64,000 nucleotides of DNA from Rubripirellula sp. (GCA_965216875.1 OZ244207.1:384001-448000); one strand, 5' to 3'; shown: positions 49,788 through 61,189, counted from the first letter of the stretch. A program made the numbers and translations. Notes: generated by a model not told the origin, from the sequence alone.

Positions 49788-50936
49788 CTATTCCGCCGGC
49801 CAATCGGGCAACTCGAACTTCTTTTGGGTGTTCGTGGTGTGTTCGGTGTAGTGCCGATCCATTTGGCGAAGGAGTCCACGTAATGTCCAGCGACTTCCGG
49901 GGGCTTGTTTGTCCAGCGGCAAGTCGTTGAGCAGGTACGCGAATCGACGCGTGAATGCCGAGACCCGTTCCATTTGCCGAGCCTCTTCGGCGCCCGTCCA
50001 GTCCTTGTGCTTTGCCACATAGTCGGGTGGCATTTGTTTTGGGTTGAGATCCATCACAGGGATTTTGGGTTCCCGACTTGCGTAGATCTGTGAAAAGAAG
50101 AGCAGTTCACGGCCCATCATGTGTTCGGTGTTCCACCGCGGAGTGTGAGTCCCGTTGCTAGGCCGGAAATTCATTTGTTCGGTCGACAACTTGGAAAAGA
50201 CGGCCTGCGAGTCACGACAGGCCTTTTCTTTGCGTTCGATCAAGTCCACGAGCGTTTGGGAAAGTGCAGCTGGTTTGCTCGAAAGCAAGACGACCGCTGG
50301 CGTTCCACCTTTGATGTCCGAATTCGCGACACAGGTGTTCGAAAGGTTCTTTGGGCGCTCGGCATTCGCAACGGATTTGGCGCTGATGACAGTCAATTGT
50401 TTGCCCATCAAAACGGCATGTTGGGCATCTCGGCTGGCCGGTGCATTCGTTGGCTCCCCATCAAGGATCATGACATCGCATGCCCCCATGCGCGTTTTCA
50501 TCTCTTCCGGTACGGCAGCATCGTCCGCTGCAAATCGGTGATAGCCAATTTGAAGGCCATCGACCGTAACGATGACGTTGGCGTCATCGATCACTTGCAC
50601 TCGGATCGCGTTGGTCGACAGTTTGAGGTCGCTCGAAAACTTGCGCCAGCTTGCGTGCGCTTCATTCGGTAACCGGTCGAGCACGTTGTCTGATGGAACC
50701 GTTGCTCGAAACCGTTTGTTCTCTTCGCGGGTCGATGAGTCGCCCAATACGATATCGACGCCCTCGAGTTCGCTCGATGCATGTTCATCATCGATCCTGA
50801 CGAGCAGGTTCCACATGGTCTCCATTTCGAAACCGCCCGAGGACGTGTGACGAATCGCGACGGGATGGCCGGGATCGGCAGATGAGACGAGCGGCAGTGC
50901 AGACAACGAAATGAGTAGGAGCAGGTGACGCATCAT
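49788..50936 (-). CDS. Exported protein with C-terminal DinB-like domain
   Basis: Signal peptide; FRPSNGTHTPRWNTEH...HYTEH His pattern. Confidence 0.7.
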   Translation of the reverse strand: MMRHLLLLISLSALPLVSSADPGHPVAIRHTSSGGFEMETMWNLLVRIDDEHASSELEGVDIVLGDSSTREENKRFRATVPSDNVLDRLPNEAHASWRKFSSDLKLSTNAIRVQVIDDANVIVTVDGLQIGYHRFAADDAAVPEEMKTRMGACDVMILDGEPTNAPASRDAQHAVLMGKQLTVISAKSVANAERPKNLSNTCVANSDIKGGTPAVVLLSSKPAALSQTLVDLIERKEKACRDSQAVFSKLSTEQMNFRPSNGTHTPRWNTEHMMGRELLFFSQIYASREPKIPVMDLNPKQMPPDYVAKHKDWTGAEEARQMERVSAFTRRFAYLLNDLPLDKQAPGSRWTLRGLLRQMDRHYTEHTTNTQKKFELPDWPAE

Positions 50937-51246
50937 GAAGCTTTTTCGTTCGATGGGGAGGAAACAAATGGTTCTGGCGTTAACGTGTTAACAATTCGCG
51001 AGTTTTTTTGTTCCGGTCGGGACGAATCGTTTTGCGGGAGTGTCTTAGTGTGCGGGCACGCGTCTGTTCGTCGTATCGGTTTTAGCCGGCGTCTTTCCGC
51101 CTGAAGGCGGTACTTCAATCGGGACAGGAATCTGCCGCCTAATAAAGGGACCGTTTGTTCGTTAGTGTCAGTGTGGCGGCGACTCGAGTCCATACAATAA
51201 CGGACACGCCGACTCTCGTTTTCTTGTCATGTGAAGGAATGTTGTG

Positions 51247-54200
51247 ATGTCACGTCACCGTGCCTTGGCGGTCTGTTCGATCAGCATTGTATTGGTTTCC
51301 GCCTTTTTCTCTGTGTTGATGGCCGCAAGGCCTCAGCAGGCGACGTGGAAGGACGTTAATGATGCGATAGCCAAAGGGCTGCCCAAGACCGCCATCGAAA
51401 AGCTCGGCCCCATCATCGAACGAGCAACCGAGTCGGGAAGCCACGCCGAGGCGATCAAAGCGATCGGGATGAAAATCGCTCTCGAGGGCAACGTTCAGGG
51501 GAACAAGCCGGAGGAACGGGTGACCCGAATGAAGGCTGAAATCGCCGGTGCACCTGAGCCGATGAAGCCGGTCATGCGCGCGATCCTGGCCAACTGGTAT
51601 TGGCACTATTTTCAGCAAAACTCCTGGCGGTTCATGCAGCGAACTCGAACGTCGTCGGCGCCGAGTGATGACTTCACGACCTGGGACCTGCCTCGCATTT
51701 TGGCCGAGATCGACAAGCACTTCACCGAGTCGCTCAATGACGCTGAAGCACTGCAAGCGATCCCCATTGCCGAGTACGACGACCTGTTCGAAAAAGGCAA
51801 CGCGCCTGATTCATACCGCCCCACCGTCTATGACGTGATTGCCTACAACGCGTTGGATTTTTACCTCGCGGGCGAGCAGGCCGGCGCGCGCTCTCAAGAT
51901 GCGTTCGACCTATCCGCAGAGAGTCCCGTTTTTGATTCGGGCGAAGCCTTCTTGGGATGGGAACCAGAATCGGATGACGACAACTCTTCGATGCTCAAAG
52001 CGATTCGGTTGATTCAGCAAGTTGCCGAGTTTCATGCCGACGATGACGACCCGTCGGCACGATTGGATATCGAATTGTTTCGCTATCGATTTGGCAACAG
52101 CCATGCATTTGGCGAAGAGAAAACGAATCGTTTCAAGTCCGCGCTCACGAGGTTTATCCGCGAAAACGAGGACCATCCGATTTCGGCACGTGCGATCCAT
52201 CAGCTCGCAAGTACGATTCACGCCGAAAACGACTTTGTCAAAGCCCGCGCGACGGCCCAGACGGGGCTGACCAAATTCCCTGAAAGCATTGGTGCCAGTC
52301 GTTGCTACAACCTGATTCAACAAATCGAAGCCAAAGAGTTGCACGTCACCGCGGATCGCGCGTGGAGTAATGACCAGCCGTCGATCAACATTCAATATCG
52401 AAACATTGACAAAGTACACTTTCGATTGGTGCCCTACGATTTTGACAATTACGTCAAGTCAAACCGTTGGGGTCCCGAACAGCTCGATCGAAACCAACAA
52501 CTCGCGCTGCTCCGGCTGAAGCCGATTCACAGCTGGGAGGTGTCGGTACCGGTCACGGAGGATTACAAGCAACGCGTTGAACGCGTTTCGCCGCCCGATG
52601 ATTTGCCAGCCGGCTCGTATTACCTGATCGCGAGTCACGCCGATGACTTTTCGGAACAGAACAACGTGGTCGGGTATTGTGAAGTCTGGGTGACCAAGCT
52701 TGCGATCGTGTTGCGAGGCCGAAACTACGAGGACATGAGCGACGGATTTGTGCTCGATGCCGAAAGCGGTGATCCGATCGCGGGTGCGGTGGTGAAGGGT
52801 TGGCAACGCGACAATCAAGGCAAGTTCCATCCGATCAAATCGACGAAGACCGACCGCAACGGGAAGTTTGAGTTCCCACTCGCTCAACGAGCCAGTCTGT
52901 TCTTGGCTACACACAAGGGTGAGTCGTTCGCCTCGATCAATCACGTTCAGGGCTACGGACGTGGATCGAGATACCGAGTCCAAGAGCAAACGATGTTCTT
53001 TACCGACCGGTCGTTGTACAGGCCGGGACAAACGATCCGCTACAAAGGGATTTGCTATTCGTACGATCAAAAGGAGAACAACTACCGCACAATCGGAGCA
53101 AGAAACCTTACCGTTGTATTTGCGGACGTGAATGGGAAGGAGATTGAACGGCAAACACATCGAACAAACGAATACGGTAGCTTCAACGGTAGTGTCACCG
53201 CGCCGCGTGATCGCTTGACGGGCCAGATGAGCATTCGGGTTGAGAATGCACCACCCGGAAGTGCCTCGTTTAGCGTCGAGGAGTACAAGCGTCCCAAGTT
53301 CCGTGTTGCTGTGGATCGCCCGGAAAAAGCGGCACGGTTGGGCGATACGGTCAAGGTGAAGGGCACGGCGACGGCCTACACCGGCGCTGCGATCAATGAT
53401 GCTAAGGTGCGTTGGCGGGTTGTTCGCGAAGTCCGTTATCCCGATTGGTGGTTCTGGCGATGTTGGTGGATGCCACCACAATCAGGGAACAGCCAGGAAA
53501 TCGCTCACGGTACAACCGTCACGGATGCGGGCGGGGCGTTTTCGGTTGAGTTCGGCGCTAAACCCGACGTCAAAGTCCCGCAAGAATCCGAGCCAACGTT
53601 TCGTTATACGGTTTACGCGGATGTGACCGACACCGCAGGCGAAACACGCTCGGCATCCCAAACCGTCAGCGTCGGCTACACGGCATTGTCCGCCAAGATG
53701 ACTGCGGCGAACTGGTTGACCGAAGATGAACCAGTTGACATTCGTGTTCGTACGACGACGCTCAACGGTGTTGACCAGCCTGCCAAAGGCACGATCAAAA
53801 TCTATTCGCTCAAGCAGCCTGAAAAGGTCAGGCGACCAGCTCTTAGCGGCAATCGCTACTACTACAACTACGGCATCGGTTTCGGACAGCCGCCGGCACC
53901 AGATCCTGCGAACATCCATTCGTGGGAGCTCGACAAGCTTGTTCTGGAGACTGAGTTTGCCACCGACGCATCGGGCGCGACGACGATTGCAGCGGAACTT
54001 GCGGCCGGACCCTACCGCGCCAAACTCGAATCGGCGGACCGTTTCGGAAAGCAGGTCACGGCGATGCTTCCGCTTCAGGTCTACGCTCCCGACGCACCCA
54101 AATTGGCGATCAAGATCCCGCACTTGTTTGCTGCCCCAGATTGGCGGGCCGCGCCTGGTGAGGACTTCACGGCACTTTGGGGCAGTGGCTATGACCGTGC

Positions 54201-57200
54201 CCGAGCCTTTGTCGAAGTCGAACATCGTGGCAAAGTGATTCAAAGCTATTGGACCGATCCGAAGCAGACGCAAAAGGTCATCCGGCAAAAAGTCAGTGAG
54301 CCGATGCGCGGAGGATTCCACATTCGCACAACGATGGTGCGCGAAAACCGAGCCCACTTGGAATCTCGCTACGTTGATGTTCCATGGGACAACAAACGTC
54401 TGAAGCTCCACTGGGAACACTTTGTTTCGAAGCTTGAACCGGCACAAAAGGAAACGTGGACTGCTGTGATCAAAGGTCCCGACGCCGAAGCAAGCGTTGC
54501 CGAGATGGTTGCAACTTTGTACGACGCATCACTCGATGCTTATCGCGGGCACTATTGGTCGGGGGCGTTTAGTGGCTTTTATCGAGACAACTCGACCGTG
54601 CGCTCGATGTTCGAAAACACGAACAAGAATCTGAACTACATGTTCCACAATTGGCGTGTTTCGTTCCGTGGTCAAACGTTGACCTACCGCCATTTTCCAG
54701 CGTCGATCATTCAAAGCATGCAAGGCTACGGGTACTTTGGCGATACGACTGTCATGGAAATGCAAATGGACGGCGCAATGGCACCCGCATTGGCACGATC
54801 AGCGGCGCCAGCGATGAATCGCCGTAATATGCGGTTCAGTCAGGTGGGCAGTGAGCTGAGCAGCGGAATGGGCGGCATGGCTGCTGACAAAAAGGCAATC
54901 TATAGCGCCCGACCAGAACGTCGAGTCCAGCAAGCCGCGGCGCAAGCACCAACTCCCGATCTCGAGAATGTGTCGGCTCGCAAGAACCTCAACGAGACGG
55001 CGTTCTTCTTTCCTCATCTGGTTTCGAAGAAAGATGGCACCGTGCGAATGGAATTCACGATGCCTGAAGCGTTGACGGAGTGGAAGTTCATGGGGTTTGC
55101 CCACGATCAACAGCTTCGTGGTGGTTCGCTTTCGGGCACGACGGTGACGGCCAAGGAATTGATGGTCCAACCGAACCCGCCACGGTTCTTGCGCGAAGGC
55201 GATGCGATTGAGTTCACCGTGAAGGTCAGCAACGAATCGCCGACGAACCAGTCGGGTCACGTCCGTTTGACCTTTGCCAACGCGACGACTTCAAAGTCGG
55301 TCGATCAGGCGCTGGCGAACGTCGAGACGGATAAGGCGTTCGACATTGCGGCTGGCCAATCTCAAACGCTTTCTTGGAAGTTGGATGTGCCGGATGGAAT
55401 CGGATTCCTTACCTACAAAGCGGTTGGTTCAACGGGGCGATTGTCCGATGGCGAAGAAGGTTATTTGCCCGTCCTGTCGAGGCGAATCCTCGTACGTGAA
55501 TCACTGCCCCTTCCGATTCGCGGAAAACAAACCAAAGACTTTCGCTTCGAGAAACTGTTGGCCTCCGCTGATTCGCAGTCACTCAAGCATCAATCATTGA
55601 CCGTTCAAGTCGTTTCGAATCCATCTTGGTATGCCGTGATGGCGTTGCCTTATTTGATGGAATACCCGCACGAATGTACGGAGCAGACCTTCAATCGCAT
55701 GTACGCCAATTCGCTGGCCAGACACATCGCGATGTCCGATCCGAAAATCGCAAGAGTCTTCGAGCAGTGGCGGGCAACACCGGCGCTCGATAGCCCGATG
55801 GAAAAGAACGAGGATCTCAAAGCGGTCATGCTCGCGGAGACGCCATGGTATCGCCAAGCGAAGTCGGAAAGTCAGGCTCGTCGCAACGTGGGGATCCTGT
55901 TCGATAACAACCGGCTCGATCGCGAAACGGCTCGGACACTTCGAAAGCTGACCGAGATGCAGCTTCCCGATGGCGCTTGGCCTTGGTTCCCAGGTGGAGG
56001 CGCAAACGACTATGTCACGCTTTACATCACGACTGGCTTTGGTCGCATGCGGCATTTGGGAGTGGACATCGATACCGCAGCTGCGATCAAAGCGGTTGGA
56101 CGCTTAGACCAATGGATGACCAAACGCTACAACCAGATTCGTCCCGAGGATCGCGGACATAACCACTTGTCAACAACGGTAGCGTTTTACCTTTACGGGC
56201 GAAGCTTCTTCCTAAAGGATCAAGCTGTCGCACCACAGCATCGTGAGGCGTTCAACTATTGGGTTGGGCAGGCCAAGAAATATTGGCTGCAATTGAGTCA
56301 TCGCCAATCACAAGCTCACCTGGCCGTTGCCTTGCATCGACTTGGAAGCCGCGAAAACGCTCGCGGGATCATGCAGTCGATTCATGAGCGATCCGTCTCG
56401 GACAAAGAGCTGGGGATGTTTTGGCGTGACACCGAGCTTTCCTGGTGGTGGTACCGCGCTCCGATCGAAACCCAGGCAATGATGATCGAAGCGTTTGACG
56501 AAGTGATGGATGATCGAGTCGCGGTCGAAGATTGCAAAGTTTGGCTTCTCAAGCAAAAGCAGACCCAAGATTGGAAGACGACCAAAGCAACTGCTGATGC
56601 TGTGTACGCGTTGCTGTTGCGTGGAAGCGATCTGTTGGCATCGAACGAACTTGTGCAAGTCGACTTGGGCGGCGAGACGATCGAGGCCGCGAACGTCGAG
56701 GCGGGGACCGGATTCTACGAACATCGCGATGTCGGCGCTGCGGTATCAGCCAAACAGGGTGAGATCACGGTTTCGAAAGTTGATGACGGGGTCGCTTGGG
56801 CAAGCGTGCACTGGCAATACCTCGAAGATATCGCCAACGTCACGCCGCACGAAGCAACGCCTTTGACGCTGACCAAACAACTGCACCGTAAGGTGAATAC
56901 GGCCAAGGGGCCAACGCTGGTTCCGGTTGAAGGGCCGATCGGCGTCGGCGATGAATTGGTTGTACGAATTGTGCTGAGGACCGATCGCGACATGGAATAC
57001 GTTCATCTAAAGGACCATCGTGGAAGCGGAACCGAGCCGACCAATGTGTTGTCCCGTTACAAGTACCAGGATGGTTTGGGGTACTACGAATCAACCAAGG
57101 ACACGGCAAGTCACTTCTTCATCGATTACTTGCCAAAGGGGACGTACGTCTTTGAGTATTCGACTCGCGTGCAGCTCAAGGGCGAGTATCAAACGGGCGT

Positions 57201-57273
57201 CGCGAGCGTGCAATGCATGTATGCACCAGAGTTCAACAGTCACTCCGAAAGTTTGCCGATCGTGGTCAAGTGA
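51247..57273 (+). CDS. Alpha-2-macroglobulin family protein
   Basis: FTDRSLYRPGQ, VEEYKRP, RKNLNETAFF.P, PRFLREGD, YPHECTEQ, QCMYAPEF. Confidence 0.93.
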   Translation: MSRHRALAVCSISIVLVSAFFSVLMAARPQQATWKDVNDAIAKGLPKTAIEKLGPIIERATESGSHAEAIKAIGMKIALEGNVQGNKPEERVTRMKAEIAGAPEPMKPVMRAILANWYWHYFQQNSWRFMQRTRTSSAPSDDFTTWDLPRILAEIDKHFTESLNDAEALQAIPIAEYDDLFEKGNAPDSYRPTVYDVIAYNALDFYLAGEQAGARSQDAFDLSAESPVFDSGEAFLGWEPESDDDNSSMLKAIRLIQQVAEFHADDDDPSARLDIELFRYRFGNSHAFGEEKTNRFKSALTRFIRENEDHPISARAIHQLASTIHAENDFVKARATAQTGLTKFPESIGASRCYNLIQQIEAKELHVTADRAWSNDQPSINIQYRNIDKVHFRLVPYDFDNYVKSNRWGPEQLDRNQQLALLRLKPIHSWEVSVPVTEDYKQRVERVSPPDDLPAGSYYLIASHADDFSEQNNVVGYCEVWVTKLAIVLRGRNYEDMSDGFVLDAESGDPIAGAVVKGWQRDNQGKFHPIKSTKTDRNGKFEFPLAQRASLFLATHKGESFASINHVQGYGRGSRYRVQEQTMFFTDRSLYRPGQTIRYKGICYSYDQKENNYRTIGARNLTVVFADVNGKEIERQTHRTNEYGSFNGSVTAPRDRLTGQMSIRVENAPPGSASFSVEEYKRPKFRVAVDRPEKAARLGDTVKVKGTATAYTGAAINDAKVRWRVVREVRYPDWWFWRCWWMPPQSGNSQEIAHGTTVTDAGGAFSVEFGAKPDVKVPQESEPTFRYTVYADVTDTAGETRSASQTVSVGYTALSAKMTAANWLTEDEPVDIRVRTTTLNGVDQPAKGTIKIYSLKQPEKVRRPALSGNRYYYNYGIGFGQPPAPDPANIHSWELDKLVLETEFATDASGATTIAAELAAGPYRAKLESADRFGKQVTAMLPLQVYAPDAPKLAIKIPHLFAAPDWRAAPGEDFTALWGSGYDRARAFVEVEHRGKVIQSYWTDPKQTQKVIRQKVSEPMRGGFHIRTTMVRENRAHLESRYVDVPWDNKRLKLHWEHFVSKLEPAQKETWTAVIKGPDAEASVAEMVATLYDASLDAYRGHYWSGAFSGFYRDNSTVRSMFENTNKNLNYMFHNWRVSFRGQTLTYRHFPASIIQSMQGYGYFGDTTVMEMQMDGAMAPALARSAAPAMNRRNMRFSQVGSELSSGMGGMAADKKAIYSARPERRVQQAAAQAPTPDLENVSARKNLNETAFFFPHLVSKKDGTVRMEFTMPEALTEWKFMGFAHDQQLRGGSLSGTTVTAKELMVQPNPPRFLREGDAIEFTVKVSNESPTNQSGHVRLTFANATTSKSVDQALANVETDKAFDIAAGQSQTLSWKLDVPDGIGFLTYKAVGSTGRLSDGEEGYLPVLSRRILVRESLPLPIRGKQTKDFRFEKLLASADSQSLKHQSLTVQVVSNPSWYAVMALPYLMEYPHECTEQTFNRMYANSLARHIAMSDPKIARVFEQWRATPALDSPMEKNEDLKAVMLAETPWYRQAKSESQARRNVGILFDNNRLDRETARTLRKLTEMQLPDGAWPWFPGGGANDYVTLYITTGFGRMRHLGVDIDTAAAIKAVGRLDQWMTKRYNQIRPEDRGHNHLSTTVAFYLYGRSFFLKDQAVAPQHREAFNYWVGQAKKYWLQLSHRQSQAHLAVALHRLGSRENARGIMQSIHERSVSDKELGMFWRDTELSWWWYRAPIETQAMMIEAFDEVMDDRVAVEDCKVWLLKQKQTQDWKTTKATADAVYALLLRGSDLLASNELVQVDLGGETIEAANVEAGTGFYEHRDVGAAVSAKQGEITVSKVDDGVAWASVHWQYLEDIANVTPHEATPLTLTKQLHRKVNTAKGPTLVPVEGPIGVGDELVVRIVLRTDRDMEYVHLKDHRGSGTEPTNVLSRYKYQDGLGYYESTKDTASHFFIDYLPKGTYVFEYSTRVQLKGEYQTGVASVQCMYAPEFNSHSESLPIVVK

Positions 57274-57452
57274 GGCTGTATTGAAGCAGCCGGCGTCGAA
57301 TAATCGATACAGCTGGTACAAGCTCACAGGTGATGTTGCGTTTGAGCAACAAAAGGTGTTGCGTTTCGGCATCATCGGCAAAGGCAGCGTGGTAGGGTTC
57401 AGCGGACAAATTGTGTCCAGAAGGAAGCTTTTACCCTACCCGGACATTTTCG

Positions 57453-60275
57453 ATGAACCGCTGCTTCATCGCACTCGCAAAACGTCGCGCTGGCGGGCTG
57501 CCTCTTGGCAACCTGTTGATCGTTGCTGCGTTGTTGCTGGTCGCGACCGGCAGCGGGTGTAGCCGACTTCGCTTGCCCGCAATCGATTCGACTGGACGTT
57601 GTCTCTTTGCGCCCAAAGGGACGACCACAACATTCGCTCTTCCCGGTTGCAACGGTGAAGCCACGATCTGCAATCGGGCGATGGACCATTTGAAGCTGCG
57701 TCTGCAAGAGCACAAAGCCAAACTGCGTGCACACAAAGACAAACTCAAAGGTGTGTTTCCACCCAAGTCGGCGTTTCCCGAGCCAGCAACGCCACCAAAA
57801 TGCCAAGTGCCCAGCCTGCCCGGCGCACTTGGCAAGGGCAAGAAACCTGAAGCCTGTGTGCCGAGCGCGCCGTGCGGGCTCGGCTGCGAATGCGGCCCGC
57901 CAGCAGTCTTGTATGGCTGCGAAATCGATCTGAAACCAAACAAATTGCCTCGCAGCGGCAAACGCGGGTGCATCCTACTGACTCCCCAAAAGATCGTTGC
58001 GCCAGTCGGCGGTGAAGTGATTCTGTTGTCTGGGATCTGTGGCAACGATGGTTATCTACAAACCAATCAGCGTCTCGAATGGATGTTGACTCAAGACAGT
58101 GTGGGGACATTCATTCAAGTTGGTGATGATGCGCCGAGCTTGCTCGGACGATTGGCTGCGGCGAAGAAACAACCAACAAAGCACGATCCGTCATACGCTC
58201 ATGGCCTGACGAGCAGCAAGCGAATCAAGATCACTCGCGGTAACAATGACCCGCGAGACGACGTGCAATTGGAAAAGGGCCAGACCTGGATTTCGCTTAG
58301 CAGCCCCAACGAAGGAACAAGTCGCGTTACGGTTCTTGCTCCGGACAGCAATTGTTGGGACCAACGTAAAGCGACGGCCACGATCTACTGGATTGATGCG
58401 CGTTGGCAATTCCCTGGTCCACAGCTCGTGCCGGCGGGAACCCCTGTTCAACTCAGTACTCGCGTGACGAAGGCCGAAGGGACGATCCCGGCCGAGGGTT
58501 GGCGGGTGCGGTATGAGATTCAGCAGCCTGAGCTTGCACTCTTTGCGGGACCGACGCCCTCGTCAGTGGTCGAAGCTGTCGTTGACGGCTCGGGCAACGC
58601 AACGGTGCAACTATTGCCCAATGCTGGCACTGCGGGTACTGCAACCATCGACATGACGGTCATTCGTCCGACCGGGCAAGCGGACCAAATGCCAACGATG
58701 ACGATTGGTCGCGGCCAAACGTTTGTCACATGGAGTTCACCGAAGTTGGCACTGCGAGCGGGCGCGCCGCCGGTGGCCACCTTTGATGTGCCAGTCCAAG
58801 TCGTGGCGAATGTTTCCAACCCAGGCGATCAACCGGCAACCAACGTCCGTGTCGAAGCGAGCATCCCACCAGGTATTCGCGTGACCGAAGCCGATAGCTT
58901 CGCGACCGTGACCGATCGAACCGTGATCTGGGAAATCGGAATGCTTCCGCCCCAGCAACAGCTCGACCTGTTCATGAACGTTGCGGCTCAGCAATCGGGT
59001 GCGATCAACTTTGTCGCCATCGGTGACAACCTTCGCGCCGACGACACGGTGCGGATCGATGTCTTCCAGCCCTCTTTGCAATTGAAAGTTGCTCCTGAGA
59101 GTGACCGATATGAGGCAGGCCAACCGGTCACCTTCAACATCGACCTGACCAATTCGGGTAACCGAGCGCTGAATAACGTCGAATTGACAGCGACCGGTGA
59201 TGACGCGATGGAGCACTCCCAAGGGGGACGTGGTATTCGCAATCGTCGCGAAACGCCTCTTCAGCCCGGCGAGACTTGGCGCAAGAGCGTGACGTTTCTG
59301 CCAACGGCTTCCGGGCAACGTTGCATCACCGTTCAGGGTTTTGCTGACGGTGGTCAACAAATCCAAGAGCAATCATGCGTGACGGTTCTGAACGCCCCGC
59401 CACCCAACCGAGAGATTTCGGCTGTGCTTCAAGGGCCCAACCGATTCACCGTCGGAGGGCCGGCCGATGTCGTCACTGCAACCATCACCAATACCGGTGA
59501 AGTGACGCTGCAAGACATCAAAGTGACGATGGTTAGTGATCCACAATTGCAGTTCAGTCAAGCGACCGCTGACTATCGTGACCGCGCTGGCCGTAACATT
59601 GCTGAATGGACGATCCCGTCGTTGGGGCCGTCACAAGTCGTTCATCTGCAAGGCGAGTTTATCGGAAGTGCGGTAGGAGCCAATTCACGCGTCCGTGTGA
59701 CCGCGGTAAGTGGTGATGGCGTTAGCGATGAAACGGACTTTGTGACCAATGTAGTTCCGCCACTTCCATCCGGTGGTTCACCCGTGGCGCCGCCGCTACC
59801 ACCCGCTTCACCGGCACCCGAGATTCCGGGCGGCGCGGCACCGTCACAGCCCGCACCCCTTACCGGACCACCGGGAGGCGGCGGACCGATACAACCGCAA
59901 CGCTCAGGTCGTTTGCGGGCCGAACTGTTTGGACGAAACAATCCAGTACGTGTGAACGACCAGATCGGCTACTCGTTGCGAATCCTGAACGATTCCAACG
60001 AGCGTGACGGTCAGGTCTTGATTGACTTTCAGTTGCCGGCCGGTGTGAGCGTGGTCGGTGCCAACCCTGTGAAGAACCCCAAGCAAGGCGAGTACGACCG
60101 AAACGCTGGTGTGATCTCGCTGCCATTGATTCGGACTTTGGAGCCCGGCGAGGCGATCGATTACGAGATTGTCCTGTCGAGCAACATTCCTCAGCAAGTG
60201 AACCTAAACGTACGCGTTCGTAGTCTTCGCGAGCCCAACGGCGTGATCGTCGGGGCAACGACGGACGTCCGCTAG
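57453..60275 (+). CDS. DUF11/OmcB-like Ig-repeat lipoprotein with Cys- and Pro-rich regions
   Basis: TGSGC lipobox; repeated N.G...A.NV and L.PGE motifs. Confidence 0.75.
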   Translation: MNRCFIALAKRRAGGLPLGNLLIVAALLLVATGSGCSRLRLPAIDSTGRCLFAPKGTTTTFALPGCNGEATICNRAMDHLKLRLQEHKAKLRAHKDKLKGVFPPKSAFPEPATPPKCQVPSLPGALGKGKKPEACVPSAPCGLGCECGPPAVLYGCEIDLKPNKLPRSGKRGCILLTPQKIVAPVGGEVILLSGICGNDGYLQTNQRLEWMLTQDSVGTFIQVGDDAPSLLGRLAAAKKQPTKHDPSYAHGLTSSKRIKITRGNNDPRDDVQLEKGQTWISLSSPNEGTSRVTVLAPDSNCWDQRKATATIYWIDARWQFPGPQLVPAGTPVQLSTRVTKAEGTIPAEGWRVRYEIQQPELALFAGPTPSSVVEAVVDGSGNATVQLLPNAGTAGTATIDMTVIRPTGQADQMPTMTIGRGQTFVTWSSPKLALRAGAPPVATFDVPVQVVANVSNPGDQPATNVRVEASIPPGIRVTEADSFATVTDRTVIWEIGMLPPQQQLDLFMNVAAQQSGAINFVAIGDNLRADDTVRIDVFQPSLQLKVAPESDRYEAGQPVTFNIDLTNSGNRALNNVELTATGDDAMEHSQGGRGIRNRRETPLQPGETWRKSVTFLPTASGQRCITVQGFADGGQQIQEQSCVTVLNAPPPNREISAVLQGPNRFTVGGPADVVTATITNTGEVTLQDIKVTMVSDPQLQFSQATADYRDRAGRNIAEWTIPSLGPSQVVHLQGEFIGSAVGANSRVRVTAVSGDGVSDETDFVTNVVPPLPSGGSPVAPPLPPASPAPEIPGGAAPSQPAPLTGPPGGGGPIQPQRSGRLRAELFGRNNPVRVNDQIGYSLRILNDSNERDGQVLIDFQLPAGVSVVGANPVKNPKQGEYDRNAGVISLPLIRTLEPGEAIDYEIVLSSNIPQQVNLNVRVRSLREPNGVIVGATTDVR

Positions 60276-60312
60276 AGAAGCATTACGAGCGCCAGCTTCC
60301 GCCAGGGAATCA

Positions 60313-60373
60313 GTTCGTAGTACCGGCTTTAGCCGGAAAACCATGGCCAGCCGGCTAAAGCCCGTACTACGAA
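60313..60373. repeat. REP doublet family B
   Basis: GTTCGTAGTACCGGCTTTAGCCGG...CCGGCTAAAGCCCGTACTACGAAC. Confidence 0.85.
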
Positions 60374-60816
60374 CGCGACACCGATTCAAAGGCCGGTTAT
60401 TCCGCCTGACACAACTACGACCGCTGGCGCGTCATCGTCCGCTCGTGCCGCCAAAGCACACTGGCAACACCGATGCAAGCTGTGCCCATTGCTCGAGTAA
60501 ATCGCAGTGTGCGTGGCGACCACAGAATGTTCGATTACCGAGGCCCGCGACGACGAAGACACAACCATCAAGAGACTTCATGACGCGAACTAACCGCATT
60601 CGCCACCTTCCCACTCCATGGCATGGCGAAGAAGCGAGGGCGTGGGCACAAGCCAGTCCTGAAGCAGCCGCACAAAGCGACCTCTCCCTCGAGTCGCACA
60701 TCTGTGGGGTTGTGTCCACGCTCCGCTTCACACGGTTCGCAAACAACACGAGTCCCTGACGCCCATACAAACTCTCAAACCAACTTCCCCTCCGGCAGCA
60801 CCTCCCCGAGAAAACT

Positions 60817-61134
60817 ATGGCAAAGAAAGACACCTTTCGAATTGTGACGCGAGGAAGTGACGGCTCGCTCTTGATCCGTGACTACCCGAACTGCGAACCG
60901 ATCCTGAAGATGCACATTCAAGTGGGAACGGACGACTGCAGCACCGACTTGGCTCTGCGTGGGATGCCTGTGTTTCGCGGCTTGATCGGCCCCATGCCCG
61001 AGGGCAAGAACATCGTTCGCTACGAATCGCCCGAAGTCTTCGAGACCCTGACCAAAGAATGGGGTAGCGCGAAACCACGCCGCCGTACGCGACGAACCAA
61101 GTCGGAAATGGCAGCTGAAAAAGCAGCCTCCTAG
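60817..61134 (+). CDS. Hypothetical protein with basic C-terminus
   Basis: 105-aa ATG ORF with plausible composition; function unknown. Confidence 0.7.
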   Translation: MAKKDTFRIVTRGSDGSLLIRDYPNCEPILKMHIQVGTDDCSTDLALRGMPVFRGLIGPMPEGKNIVRYESPEVFETLTKEWGSAKPRRRTRRTKSEMAAEKAAS

Positions 61135-61189
61135 TCGCGCCGGCTGAATTCACCTCAGTTTCACGCCGATCGCCTCCGGCGTGACCCGC

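Noticed and set aside
60374..60816. Short ORFs (60580-60759, 60623-60847) or an ncRNA in the gap
   Set aside because: No motif, RBS or recognisable structure supports a call.
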